A stretch of DNA of 64,000 nt from Schizochytrium sp. TIO01. Lineage: Eukaryota; Protista; Bigyra: Labyrinthulomycetes. The stretch lies in NCBI GenBank assembly GCA_004764695.1, contig SMSO01000035.1:3794040-3858039 (forward strand), given 5' to 3'. The notes below the pieces were generated by a model. It had not been told where the DNA came from, made no database searches, and was given only the letters and a program-made list of their open reading frames with translations. Made by a program: the position numbers and the translations under genes. Of this stretch, positions 30,115 to 41,319 are shown piece after piece (position 1 is the first letter of the stretch; each line of letters opens with the position of its first letter).

Positions 30115-31164
30115 ATGTCCGTTCCTTTTTCTCTTGAACAGGATGCGCTCATGGCAGCACACAATGAGACCTTCGGTTGGGGCGAATCTTTTGTGAAATC
30201 CATCATTTCTGGGCAGGCGATGCCCTCCCCGACTTCACAACAATTGGCAAACCTTCCACAGTGGAACTGGCCGTGGGTTCTCTTTGCGGAGATGGTCGTA
30301 GTACATTTCATCGTGAACTGGATCATTCGGCTTGGCATTGCCATGCCATTGGCTAGAGCTCTTCTGAAGTCCCGTGCTCGACGCCCAGAAAAGGTTGGTT
30401 ATCTGAAGGTAGACAAATTTGCCCAGAGCACCATGGAGATGATTTGGTATGCATCTTACTTTGTGCTTGGCCTGCGTCTAATCTCAGAGCAACCCTGGGT
30501 CTGGCCCAGTCGTTTCTGGTGGGTGGACCAGCCCAATAACCGTGCAATCACTCAAGACGTGGCTTTCTTTTATGTTTGCTATGCCGCTCGCTACGGTGCA
30601 GGTCTTATGACAGTCTTCCTAGAGACTAAGCGCAAGGACTTTATGGAAATGGTCATTCATCATTCTGTCACAGTTGTACTTGTCTACCTCAGTTTCCAGT
30701 ATGGAATGGTTCGTGTGGGATGCGTCATAATGGTGCTCCTTGACGTTGCCGATGTTCCTTTGCATATTGCCAAACAATGCTCTTACACAAACGAGATTGG
30801 CTCCAAATCACTGTGGGGTCTTGCAGCAGATTTCTTTTTTGTTTGCTTTGCTGTGGCCTTCATTGTCACCCGCATGGTCTTGTACCCTTACGTTGTATGG
30901 AGTTGCTTTCAAGAGCTCTGGTTGGAGTTTGCCCCTGGAAAGAACTTTGTGGACGTCTATAAATCCTACTTTGACTATGTTCCGCCCATGGTTTTTGGCT
31001 GCCAATCCCTTGTTGTTGTATTGCAGATTCTGCAGATTTTCTGGTTTATGCTCCTTCTCAAGGCTATCGTTAAGGTTTTGGGCGGCGGCCCTTTGAAGGA
31101 TAATCGCTCTGACTCAGAGTCTGGTGTAGATACTGACAATGAAGAGACAAAGAAGACCAAGTAG
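30115..31164 (+). CDS. LAG1: Ceramide synthase (LAG1/LAC1, TLC domain)
   Basis: Lag1p motif KRKDFMEMVIHHSVTVVLV...RVGCVIMVLLDVAD; KFAQS; multiple TM helices; DNRSDSE acidic tail and C-terminal KKTK ER-retrieval-like end. Confidence 0.92.
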   Translation: MSVPFSLEQDALMAAHNETFGWGESFVKSIISGQAMPSPTSQQLANLPQWNWPWVLFAEMVVVHFIVNWIIRLGIAMPLARALLKSRARRPEKVGYLKVDKFAQSTMEMIWYASYFVLGLRLISEQPWVWPSRFWWVDQPNNRAITQDVAFFYVCYAARYGAGLMTVFLETKRKDFMEMVIHHSVTVVLVYLSFQYGMVRVGCVIMVLLDVADVPLHIAKQCSYTNEIGSKSLWGLAADFFFVCFAVAFIVTRMVLYPYVVWSCFQELWLEFAPGKNFVDVYKSYFDYVPPMVFGCQSLVVVLQILQIFWFMLLLKAIVKVLGGGPLKDNRSDSESGVDTDNEETKKTK

Positions 31165-31678
31165 AATTTATTTTGAACTAATGGATGCACTAAAATAGCG
31201 ACAGCATTGCAGCTCAGTTTGCAGCGTTTTACTTATGATCTTCGTTCATTTATACATTTAAAAGAAAGAAAGAAAAAGTACCTTTTTATCTTCTTTTTTC
31301 CACTTGAAAGGGGCCTTCAAGAATTCTGAATTGCTAGCTGCATAAGAACGGCTCCCAAAGGTTTATTTTTGGGGATGTTTTGGTTCTCAAGATTCTGAAA
31401 TATTTTGAACCTAAATATGATATATGATAGATGAGATTTATGTTTTTTGTTTTTTTTTAATGGGTTTTTACTCAGACATATTGTTTGATTTTTTTGGTTT
31501 TGTAAGAGACCAGAAAAATGACAGCATTTTGAAACAATCAACTATGCCTATTACCACCCGTAATCAAGATTCTTGCATTGCCCGGGCCATGCTTGCAGTA
31601 GAGGGAATATTGCCTGAAAAGGTAGAGTTAGACAGATAATATATTTCCTATTGCTCACACCCCAAAATGCAAGACTTC

Positions 31679-34600
31679 TTACTCTTGCTTTTTGCGCATC
31701 TCCTCAACAAGCTTGGTGAAAACGGAATCTGGGTTACTAAGAAGCTCATTAGGGGGAGCCTGTTCAACAATCTTACCAGCACTCATGACCAAAATTTGAT
31801 CAGAGTCCATGATCGTCTGCAGACGATGGGCGACGGTAATCGTTGTGGTCTGAGTAAACGAGGTGCGAATAGTTCGCTGCAAAATCGCGTCCGTGGACGC
31901 ATCAAGACCAGAGCTGGCTTCGTCCATGAGAAGAACACGGCACTTGCGGAGGATAGCGCGGGCAACACCAATGAGCTGGCGCTGACCAAAACTGAAGTTC
32001 GAGCCACCCTCGGAAAGCATTACCTCCAAAGCAGTGCCAGGAATAGGGCGGTCAGCCTCAGCGGCCTGTTTCTTAGCCTCCTCAAGAAGACCCTCCACAT
32101 GGCCCTTAAGTTGGGTTACCTCAAGGGCGGCCCAGATATCCTCATTCGTGTACACATGGCGCGGGTCCAAGTTGTCGCGAAGAGAACCTGCAAACATAAT
32201 CGGATCCTGCGGGATAATTGCAATGTGCGTACGAAGGCGGTCAAGGCCAATGGTAGAGATGTCAATACCGTCAATCAGGATACGTCCCTTTGCCGGTTCA
32301 ATCAAACGCAGGAGCTGCAAAAAGAGAGTACTCTTACCACCGCCAGTACGTCCTACTACACCTTGCTTCGTGCCAGCCTTGATGCGCACAGAAATTCCAC
32401 GCAAGACGTAGTCTAGACCAGGACGATAACGAGACCAAACATCGTCCAGCACGATCTCGCCTCGGGATGGCCATGAGTCCTCAATCTGGGGCTTAGTTGG
32501 CATATCCTCATCGAGCTCAGGAGCCTCAGAGGGGACCTCCTTGTACTCATTGATACGTTCCACAGATACAACATTGTTCTCAAGCTCAACACTCATACGT
32601 ACAGTCCAGTTAAGAGACTGGGTGACCTGAAGGGAGTATGAGAGGCAAAGACCGGCGAAGGAAGCATTTACAGAGCCGCCGAGGGCAACTAGAAAAACAG
32701 CTGTTGCAAGCACCAGGAAGTTACCGATGAACTCAAGGCGTACTGCGAGCCAGCGGTTAGCAGCAATTGAAAGGTAGTACGCACCAAGCTGGGTGTCAAG
32801 CTGGGTCTGGTTCTGACGTACAAATCGACGGGTCACACCAAAAGCACGGATGGTAGTTGCGCCATCAAGAGATTCTGAAAAGTGCGAGTAGATTGGCGAG
32901 CGTAACACAGCATCCCAGCGCTTGAGCTCACGGCTTGATGCAATATAGTATCGCTGGACGTAGAAGTATGCAACCAGCATAAACGGTACGACAGCCAGAA
33001 ATTCAGGAATAACGTATCCGATAGTGGAAAAGGTTCCTACTACTGTGAAAGTAGTGCTCAAAAAGCTAAAAAGACTGTCCGGGAGAGACTCATCGATCGC
33101 GTACACATCCTTACTGAAACGGTTCAGGATACGCCCAATCGGGGTCGTATCAAAGAATGACATGGGTGCGCGGCAAACAGAAGTAACGAGGCCATCGTGC
33201 ATGGAGCGCGATGCGTGAAGGGCAATAATGGCCATATACACAGTCACACCACCCACAGCCAGAATACTGGTGATAGACAGAAGGGAGTAAATACCAAGGT
33301 AGAATCCAACATGCGGGCTCTGAGAAGCACCAGCCGTCATCTTGTCCATCCAAGCATGAGTTGACTCAGAGAGCGGCATTTCCATCGCTGACAACATTGA
33401 GGTGCCAAAATCAGAGCTCTGCATACTGGATTGGCCAAAAGCGTGGTGGAGGCCGGTATGCTCATAAGTATTTGCGTAAATAGGCTCCGACATGTTTGAG
33501 GTGAAGTTGTAGTGAAGGTAGCTGGGAGACGCAGCTTCGCTTTTGGCCTTGCTGGACCAAAATGCAAGCCAAGCTGAGGTGCCAACATCAAGGCCAGTGC
33601 GAAGTGCAAACACAATAAGGACAGTGAGGGAAACAAACTTTCCGCCAACAGCCTCAGCATACTGTCCATAAACAGCCCACTCAACACGACCAACGTTACG
33701 CTCCTCCTGGCCAGTAAGGTTACCTTTGCCCTTTGATTTGTCCTTAGAAAATGAGCTCATCTTGCGACCCATACCCTTGGCATCCTGTTGTGCCTCTCCC
33801 TTAGCTTCACCAGCAGCAGTGTCAACATCTCCTTGGTCATCGTCAACACTCTCCTGGCTCTTGGAGCGTACCTGTTCAATGCGCACCATGAGGCGTGCGA
33901 GCTCAGAGTCGCTCTTCGCGGTAATCTCCTTGGCGCGTCCTTGCTCAACGATGCGTCCCCGCTTCATAACAATGATCTGGTCGGCCTGCGGAGCAAACTT
34001 GAGAGCATGAGTAACAATGAGAACTGTGCGCTTGCGGCCAGTTGTTGGGTTAGGCTCCTTGAGAATTCCTTGGAAGCAGTTCTTCCAAAGGAAGGCTCCA
34101 ACGTGCTCATCGACAGCCTCGAAGCAGGTCTCCAAGAACAGAATATCAGCACGAGAGTAGACAGCACGGGCCAAGGCAACACGCGCCTTTTGGCCACCAG
34201 AAAGGTTGATTCCGCGCTCGCCAATCTCGGTTGAGTCTCCATCGGCAAGCTGCTCAAAGTCTGAAGTCAATGAGCAGGCGAAGACAACACGGTTGTACCA
34301 GTCACGATCATAAGGAGCTCCAAAGAGAATGTTGTCGCGCACGCTGGCGTTCTGAATCCACGGGTTCTGCGAGGCGTAGGATAGGGATCCACGAAGGCCA
34401 ACAGCAGGCAGGCCACCGCTCAAAGGGTCGGCAAGGCCAGGACGCAAATCTCCGATGAGCGCATTGAGCAAAGCGGACTTGCCTGAACCAACTTCTCCAG
34501 TGAGAAAACAGACGTCGCCGGCCTTTACAGTGAAGTTGACATCATGAAGAGCTTGGGAGCGGCGAGAATCGTCCCAGAAGAAGTTGCCATGGCGCATCTG

Positions 34601-36838
34601 GATTGCAGCATCTTCAGGAAGCTGCGGGTCACGACGCATTTCCTCAAGAGCATTAAAGTCAATTTCCTCAGAGTACAGAAAGCTACCAATACGACGCAAA
34701 GATACTGAGGCTTCGACGGCAGAGGTCAAAATATTCGGTAAGACTGCGAGCGGAAAACGGAGTGCGGACAACAGAGAAAGACTAGTGAAGGTCGTGGCAG
34801 CATCGAGGACGCCACCAAGTGCCACATAAGTTGCAAAAGTCACAAGAGTGACCACTACAGAAGTTCCAGTCCAGAGCATACGGGCCACAGCACGCATCAT
34901 AACATACTTTTTCAGGAGCTTCAGTTCATCCTCACGAGCATCTTTGATCATGTGGCGGAACGTGCGTTCCCAGCCGTACAGCTTGATCACCTTCATGGAA
35001 GTGATGGCTTCCCCAGTACGACGGATGCGTTCATCCTTAACCTTCATAAGGTCGGCCTGGATTGACTTAATCTGGCGGGCAACGTAGCCTGTAAGGGGGG
35101 TCATAACCAAGAAGACCACAGCGACGGCAGCAAGAGCAGCCCACTTGACCTCTTGCCAAAGAAAAAACATTGAAAGAGTGACCTGGTACGGGGAACTCCA
35201 GATGACATGGAGATACGGAAACAGAAAGTTTAACCGCGAGCAATCTGTGCTCATGAGGTTGACAACCTCACCAGTTGTGCGCTGTTGACGTGCCGAAGGT
35301 GTCAGACGCAAGGCCTTGCGGTAAATGGACGTCAACAGAGCAGAGCGGACACGCATACCTGTGCGGAAAACGCGGTGGAAGTAGATGTGCAAAGTGAAAG
35401 TCTGTGTTGCTGCAGTGACGAACATGAGCAAAGCCAGGAGGTAACCGTGCTCAATGGGCTGGTCCTTGGACTGCAAGTAGCTAATCATACGGCGCAGGAG
35501 TTGAGGTCCAACGAAGATGAGGGTATCGTAGATGAATTTGAAGAACGCAGCCTCGTAGAAAGGTGTCAAGATGCCAGCGTTGTGCAGACCAAGGACCATG
35601 ACCCAAAGATTACCATCTTTGGCGTCATCGTCCTTCGACTTGGTTTCCTTCTTCTTGTCATCTGCTTGTGCACTACCAGCACCACTAGCTCCCGTAGCAC
35701 CGGTGGCGCCTCCATTCTGGGATGTGTTGTTGGCATTAGCACCTTCACCATTTCCAGCTTCGGTATCATCATCGTTGATTCGCGAGTATTCGCACCCAGA
35801 GTCATCAACGTGTACATCATGGCTATGGTCCTCACACTTCTTCGCAGCGCGCTTGCGGTCATCATTTGCCTTGGCCTTTTCAAAGGCATCTGTGAAGCGG
35901 CGTCCAAGAACCTGTGCATCGTCTTCGCGAAGCAACTTGTAAAAGTCCGTTTGTTCCAAAGGACGCTCAAAGCCCTTATGCATGAGCGGTTCCATCCAGT
36001 AGAAACACAATCTCGATAGAAGACCTGCGTACTGCTCAGGGGTACGGGACAGGCGGCTGAGCATCGAAGCGGACTCGTCAGGAGTCGTTGGTACTCCAGC
36101 CTGGGCACCTTCGTTACCTTCGTCCTCCTCAATAGCAGCCTCAGACATGAAGGACTCATGTTGCAAGAGGGCTTCGTGGAGACCACTTTGGGCAGCCATC
36201 TCACGGAGCTTATGGCGGAGTGAACGCCAGTCGCGGTTGAAACATACCATGAAAAAAGCGGCAGCAATCTTGAGCGACAAGAGAGCAATGCTCGTGGAGA
36301 CCACGAACTTGCGACGGTCGTTGTTTGGGTAGTCGAACTCGGCATTGCGAAACATAGACCAGAGACGCAGAGACTCACCGATCATTTCAAAACCGACGTA
36401 GATACGAAGCCAGAGCCATTCTCCAGATCCGCGACGGACTTCATGCACAATCCAGGATGGTGTGATGATGATCCAAGGGAGCACGCCAAGCACAAAGAGG
36501 TCGATCCAGCGAAAGGTAGCCCAGCTAACATATGCTTCAGAATCGCCCCAAGTCTTGCGCTCATGGATAAACGCGGCCAACGGTAAGGTTCCTACTGCCA
36601 GAGCGAAAATGATGCGCAAGGCGTCCAAGATGCCAATGTGACGCAGGCTGAGCCACAGCGGAAACATGGTCTTCTTCTTGCGCAGTTTGCTCTCTATGAC
36701 GTGCCCAAAGCAGAAGCCCCCAAGTGCGACCAGCACTGGGAGGCCCATGAATACTACAGACCTGTAGCAAAGGCTCACCCCACCATCATCGTCCGGTTCG
36801 AGAAAAGATGTTACTCGGGCATCGCTGCCGCAAAACAT
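31679..36838 (-). CDS. ABC transporter subfamily C (MRP-type, with TMD0)
   Basis: TMD0-TMD1-NBD1-TMD2-NBD2; GEVGSGKS, GERGINLSGGQKARVALARA, FFDTTPIGRILNRFSKD, NRWLAVRLE, GRTGGGKST, NFSFGQRQL, LMDEA, AHRL. Confidence 0.96.
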   Translation of the reverse strand: MFCGSDARVTSFLEPDDDGGVSLCYRSVVFMGLPVLVALGGFCFGHVIESKLRKKKTMFPLWLSLRHIGILDALRIIFALAVGTLPLAAFIHERKTWGDSEAYVSWATFRWIDLFVLGVLPWIIITPSWIVHEVRRGSGEWLWLRIYVGFEMIGESLRLWSMFRNAEFDYPNNDRRKFVVSTSIALLSLKIAAAFFMVCFNRDWRSLRHKLREMAAQSGLHEALLQHESFMSEAAIEEDEGNEGAQAGVPTTPDESASMLSRLSRTPEQYAGLLSRLCFYWMEPLMHKGFERPLEQTDFYKLLREDDAQVLGRRFTDAFEKAKANDDRKRAAKKCEDHSHDVHVDDSGCEYSRINDDDTEAGNGEGANANNTSQNGGATGATGASGAGSAQADDKKKETKSKDDDAKDGNLWVMVLGLHNAGILTPFYEAAFFKFIYDTLIFVGPQLLRRMISYLQSKDQPIEHGYLLALLMFVTAATQTFTLHIYFHRVFRTGMRVRSALLTSIYRKALRLTPSARQQRTTGEVVNLMSTDCSRLNFLFPYLHVIWSSPYQVTLSMFFLWQEVKWAALAAVAVVFLVMTPLTGYVARQIKSIQADLMKVKDERIRRTGEAITSMKVIKLYGWERTFRHMIKDAREDELKLLKKYVMMRAVARMLWTGTSVVVTLVTFATYVALGGVLDAATTFTSLSLLSALRFPLAVLPNILTSAVEASVSLRRIGSFLYSEEIDFNALEEMRRDPQLPEDAAIQMRHGNFFWDDSRRSQALHDVNFTVKAGDVCFLTGEVGSGKSALLNALIGDLRPGLADPLSGGLPAVGLRGSLSYASQNPWIQNASVRDNILFGAPYDRDWYNRVVFACSLTSDFEQLADGDSTEIGERGINLSGGQKARVALARAVYSRADILFLETCFEAVDEHVGAFLWKNCFQGILKEPNPTTGRKRTVLIVTHALKFAPQADQIIVMKRGRIVEQGRAKEITAKSDSELARLMVRIEQVRSKSQESVDDDQGDVDTAAGEAKGEAQQDAKGMGRKMSSFSKDKSKGKGNLTGQEERNVGRVEWAVYGQYAEAVGGKFVSLTVLIVFALRTGLDVGTSAWLAFWSSKAKSEAASPSYLHYNFTSNMSEPIYANTYEHTGLHHAFGQSSMQSSDFGTSMLSAMEMPLSESTHAWMDKMTAGASQSPHVGFYLGIYSLLSITSILAVGGVTVYMAIIALHASRSMHDGLVTSVCRAPMSFFDTTPIGRILNRFSKDVYAIDESLPDSLFSFLSTTFTVVGTFSTIGYVIPEFLAVVPFMLVAYFYVQRYYIASSRELKRWDAVLRSPIYSHFSESLDGATTIRAFGVTRRFVRQNQTQLDTQLGAYYLSIAANRWLAVRLEFIGNFLVLATAVFLVALGGSVNASFAGLCLSYSLQVTQSLNWTVRMSVELENNVVSVERINEYKEVPSEAPELDEDMPTKPQIEDSWPSRGEIVLDDVWSRYRPGLDYVLRGISVRIKAGTKQGVVGRTGGGKSTLFLQLLRLIEPAKGRILIDGIDISTIGLDRLRTHIAIIPQDPIMFAGSLRDNLDPRHVYTNEDIWAALEVTQLKGHVEGLLEEAKKQAAEADRPIPGTALEVMLSEGGSNFSFGQRQLIGVARAILRKCRVLLMDEASSGLDASTDAILQRTIRTSFTQTTTITVAHRLQTIMDSDQILVMSAGKIVEQAPPNELLSNPDSVFTKLVEEMRKKQE

Positions 36839-38042
36839 CTTGATTAAATTTCGTAGTCTGTGAAGTTTATTTCTGCCAAGGATGCTCGAGTTTCTATGTT
36901 GCCAAAGGTACTAGAGCTCTATCGATGACGCGGTTTCTCAGCTGATCTTTTGATGAGCTAATCGAATTGTATCGAGTTGTAATGAAATGAAGCTATCGTT
37001 TTCGTGGATCGATCGATGGCTTCCCGATCCTCGCGCCGGCGATTTCAATCCTTCAAACAAATTACGTTTGTAATTGAAGACCCAATTTCAATCGCGTCTC
37101 CACTTAGCGCAAGTCCACCTTCGCGAGGCTACAGCGCAAGCTTCGTGGTCTTCCTCGCCTCGCTCGGCGCCTCCAATTTCTCCGCCTTCGAGTCTCCACG
37201 AGGAGGAGTGAGGGAGCCCCAGCTGCTGCTAGAACCAGCCAGCAGGTTTTGCGTGTCTCCGCGGCAAGCTCCTGTCGAGCTCCGTGGGATTCGGGATTTG
37301 CTTTCGCTGCCGCTGTCGGCCTCCTTGCCTTCCCGCCGCGTTCCCTCGCTCCCGAAGGATCGTGAGAATCAATCGGGCTCTGCTGCGCACAAGAATGAAC
37401 AACGAATTCATTCAACAACAATCATTCGCTCATTCATTCATTTACCTCATTATTCAGAACGACATCACTTTCTTTTTTCTTTCTTTCTTTCTTTCTTTCT
37501 TTTCATTATCAATTAATGATCACTCATTGCAATCAATTCTCATCAGTGATTCCATGTGATTCATAACTCCAAATTTGCTCATTTTTTTTTTCAGATAAAT
37601 ACGCGTGAATTAGACGGAAGCTGTTGACCTGTGAGGAGCATTGGCAAAAGCTATCGATCGCTATTGTCGTTTTCGTTGCTCTCGCAGTTATCAAAGTACT
37701 GAAGCCTTGTTCTCGTCAGTTGACTCTTCTTTTATCAATTCCATTCATATTGATTCATCGATATTAAAAGGCAGAGATTCTTCCCTCTTTTCTTTTCTTT
37801 TCTTTTCTTTCGTCCAATCATGAAATCAGCTCGCCAAAGCCGCACAAAAGGCAGGCGATCAAAGGCTGTCATCGCCTGCCACAGGCTTTGACTCGAGCTC
37901 TCCAAGCCTGCAGCAAACTTGCTAGTGCCTTCGTTGAAACCGGTCTCCAGTTCCCAAGTCTGTGCCGCGTCTCCATTCTGGCCATCTCGCAGCATATGGT
38001 GAGTGCAATGACGCACAGACAAACAATCAAACAAACAAATTG

Positions 38043-38333
38043 AAACAAACAAACAAACAAACAAACAAACAAACAAACAAACAAACAAACAAACAAACAA
38101 ACAAACAAACAAACAAACAAACAAACAAATATAGAACGCCTAAAAGCAAGCAATTCCAGGTCCACCGCATCTGCAAAACCAAACAACGAAATCCTCGCAC
38201 CGTGGTTCATGGCATCATAGTGGCAGTCAAGCAAACAGAAGACAAGAGAACCGTGGCAATGTCTGCGTCCTTTCGCTGATCTTCATTCATTCATTCATTC
38301 ATTCATTCATTCATTCATTCATTCATTCATTCA
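38043..38333. repeat. (AAAC)n and (TTCA)n tetranucleotide microsatellites
   Basis: Perfect tracts at 38043-38128 and 38282-38333. Confidence 0.95.
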
Positions 38334-38675
38334 TATCAAATCAATCTTTTCCAGTGAATGAGTCCTTTTATAGTACTGCGCATACAATTCGAGTTTTATG
38401 ATTTATTTCAATTTTCAACCATAAACCTTAAAAAACCAACTTTTAAAATAAAAATATTGCCTTCATAAATACCAACTCGACAACTTGCACTCCTATCCAC
38501 GGCCACAGTTTACGTTAGGAGGCCGTGGCGTGGCAGGATCAGATCACCCGCTGTGCAAAGAACAGGGAGGCGTTAAAAAGACCTTTCATCTCTTTTCGTT
38601 TCCTTTTGTCTCCGCTTTTCTACAGTTCGTACGTACGAATGTGTTTTAGTTTTGCCTTTTCTTTCTCTTTTCCTG

Positions 38676-38745
38676 TTTTTAATTTTAATTTTAATTTTAA
38701 TTTTAATTTTAATTTTAATTTTAGTTTTAATTTTAATTTTTTTTA
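38676..38745. repeat. (TTTTAA)n microsatellite
   Basis: Seen directly. Confidence 0.9.
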
Positions 38746-41319
38746 ACTCATAGATACGAAGAATATGAACATCGCAATTAAGGAATCTATCGCTTCATTC
38801 GTAAACTCCGAACGGAAGCCTGGCGATCCCGGGAAGCGCTGGCGCCGCCTGCGACAAGGCCAAAGCCTCCTCCTCCTCCTGGCAGGCCAGGCACATATGG
38901 GGGCGGCCTCTGCCCTCGCCTGCGCGGCCTGGCAGCGCCTCGCCCAGGGAGGAAGGAGGCCGAAGCTTCGTGGGATCTCAGATCCTCTTTCATTCTTCTT
39001 CTGCGGATGACGCAGTATCCGCTATGTGGCACTAGGACTGCGCTAGCCACGCCGCGCCATCTTTTCTCCACTGCTTCGGGTACGCCGCAAGTGGGTTATA
39101 GGGCTCTGCACAGTAGAGTATACGTTTAAGGCCCACTTGCGTCTGGTTTGTTTCACTTGTGACGAATGCCACAAAAGAACCCACTCTCTCTCTCTCTCTC
39201 TCTCTCTCGCCTGAAGTTCTTCCGCTTCCCTGTTCTGCAGAACCGCGGCGGATCGATCCTCTTTGAGGGGTACTTCGCACCTTTGGTGCCGGTACCTGCG
39301 GGTAATAAACTACGGGCTGTTATCATTAGTATTGCAGGGGGAGGGGTTTTGGACGCGTATTTAATGCGAGGAGGTGCAGGGAGACCCCTGGGGTCAGATT
39401 CGGTTGGCCATCGCGGTTTTCCCGAGCCTCCCAAAAGATGCTGCCGAAGCGCCGAGATGAATGCACTGTTTGACGATGGATGTGGATTGACTTACGCTGT
39501 TGATGGTGGGTTTATTGTTGGAGGAAGATCGCTTTGATCATTGTCGCTGGAGAAGGACTCGAGGCAGCCAGCCGTCTGGCGATATCTTGGCAAGAGCTGG
39601 CTGACTGGCTGTCTTACTGCTTATCTTTATTTATTTTTAGCGATCGATGCACGAGCTAAATATATCGTGGCCTGTTTGCTTATGTTTAACTTATCTTGTT
39701 CGTGACACACACTTACGAAAAGGTTCCCAAAGATTGATTGCCTTTGGCTTTCTTTGTGGTCTTGTAGAAAAGGTAAAGCTATGGAATGACTGGCTGATGA
39801 ATGAATGAATCATGGAGAACTGGGTAAATTGAAGAATGAAGCTTCCTCCGCTTCAGCGTAGCCTGGGCAGCGTCGCTGGAGCTAGAGGTTTTTTATGCTC
39901 TGCGTTCGCACGTCTCCGGGGAGACGCAGGCCTTTCGAGGTGATTTCGATTTCACGCAATATATGAATGACCCGTCTGCGAGCGAAGGAATCGGTGCAAC
40001 CTAAGTAAAGCTGCCACCAAGAAAGCTATCACCATCATCACAACTACTGTTGTACTTGTGCCTACTTGCTACAGCCCTAAATCGTGCAATGCGCTTCCAA
40101 CACAGCGAGTTCCAACTCCAAGCGATGATGCCTTCTGTCGAGCACGCTGGTCCACGTGCACGACAGAACGCCAACCTTCTCCAGCCGGAGGAACTCGTGG
40201 AGGGTAGGGCCAATATCGACGGGTCGGCGTTAGATTTCCCAGCTCTAGGACCAGCTGCTTCTTATATTCTTAAGTGGATCATCATCGTTCCCACGAAGAC
40301 ATAGCTACCTGCATCTTTGCAAACTCTGCGAACTTTGCAGAGGCATGAGCTCAAGACGGAGCTCACAGTATTGTATTGTATTGTGCGATGAGCCGAGATC
40401 TCAGTCATTCTGAGCCCGAGACGAATGAAAAGTATCGCTAGCTCTCGAATGCAAAACTAGCTTATCTCAAGCTCGACAATGAGGGTAGCTCCGGACCACC
40501 GGGTCGTTGTTCAAGTTGGATAGTACGCAGGTGCCTAAGTAATCACTCCTCCAATGAGTCGGATGGCCACCTTCAAGTTCGAAGGTGTCGTATCAACAAC
40601 CCTGTGCTGGTCCGCTTTACATACAATGCATTGTTATGATTCATCAGTGCCATTCGTGATATCCAACCGTAGTGCCGAGAGTGTCTGAGATTGATTTAAC
40701 TTTATTCGTGCTTTTGGGACTCGGGTGCACGTGCAAGTGCCAGCGAGAGGTCTTGGTCTTTGAACAAGGCTTTTTATGAAGTAGGTACCAGGTACTAGCT
40801 ACTAGGTACTAGCTAGCTAGGTGTAGCTAGCACCTTGAACGAAGGAGGACCCAGATGCTGGTCCGAGCGCTTCAGAGACATTGCCCGTCTATAGTACTGC
40901 CTACCATTCGCCACTTGAAGTGAACTGAGCTTCTTTGTTCGAAGTCGAGAGCGAGCTTCGCACTTTTAGGCCTCGCACCCGAGATCTTCACGGTACACTG
41001 CCCGTTGGAAGGAAGCAATTCCAAATTAGCACTCCCAAAAGCTGACCTTGAGAATGATAAAACCTTGAACAAAGAATTTAGAAACTACCCTACCTCCGTT
41101 TTTAGTTCGCAAGTTGGGTAGATAATAAATAGAGAAATAGTCTTCAAGAGTTCCTCGGTTGTTCTACCTACCTTTGATCGAGGGTATCAAACTTGGCGAG
41201 GTGGCTTAAGGTATTCATTAAATAGACCTTCAAAAAATAAGTTCCGACTGGGGTTCAAGAAGCTAATAGCGACGAATTAGCTTCAACTGGGGTTCAAGAA
41301 GACAATAGCTAAAGATTGG

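Noticed and set aside
30736-30753. Ceramide synthase LLDVAD instead of LHDxSD as a sign of inactivity
   Set aside because: The key HH pair and both Asp residues of the Lag1p motif are retained
31667-36019. Long + strand ORFs (249 aa, 244 aa) opposite the ABC transporter, and similar ones opposite SMG1 and the thioesterase
   Set aside because: Antisense shadows of strongly codon-biased genes with no recognisable motifs
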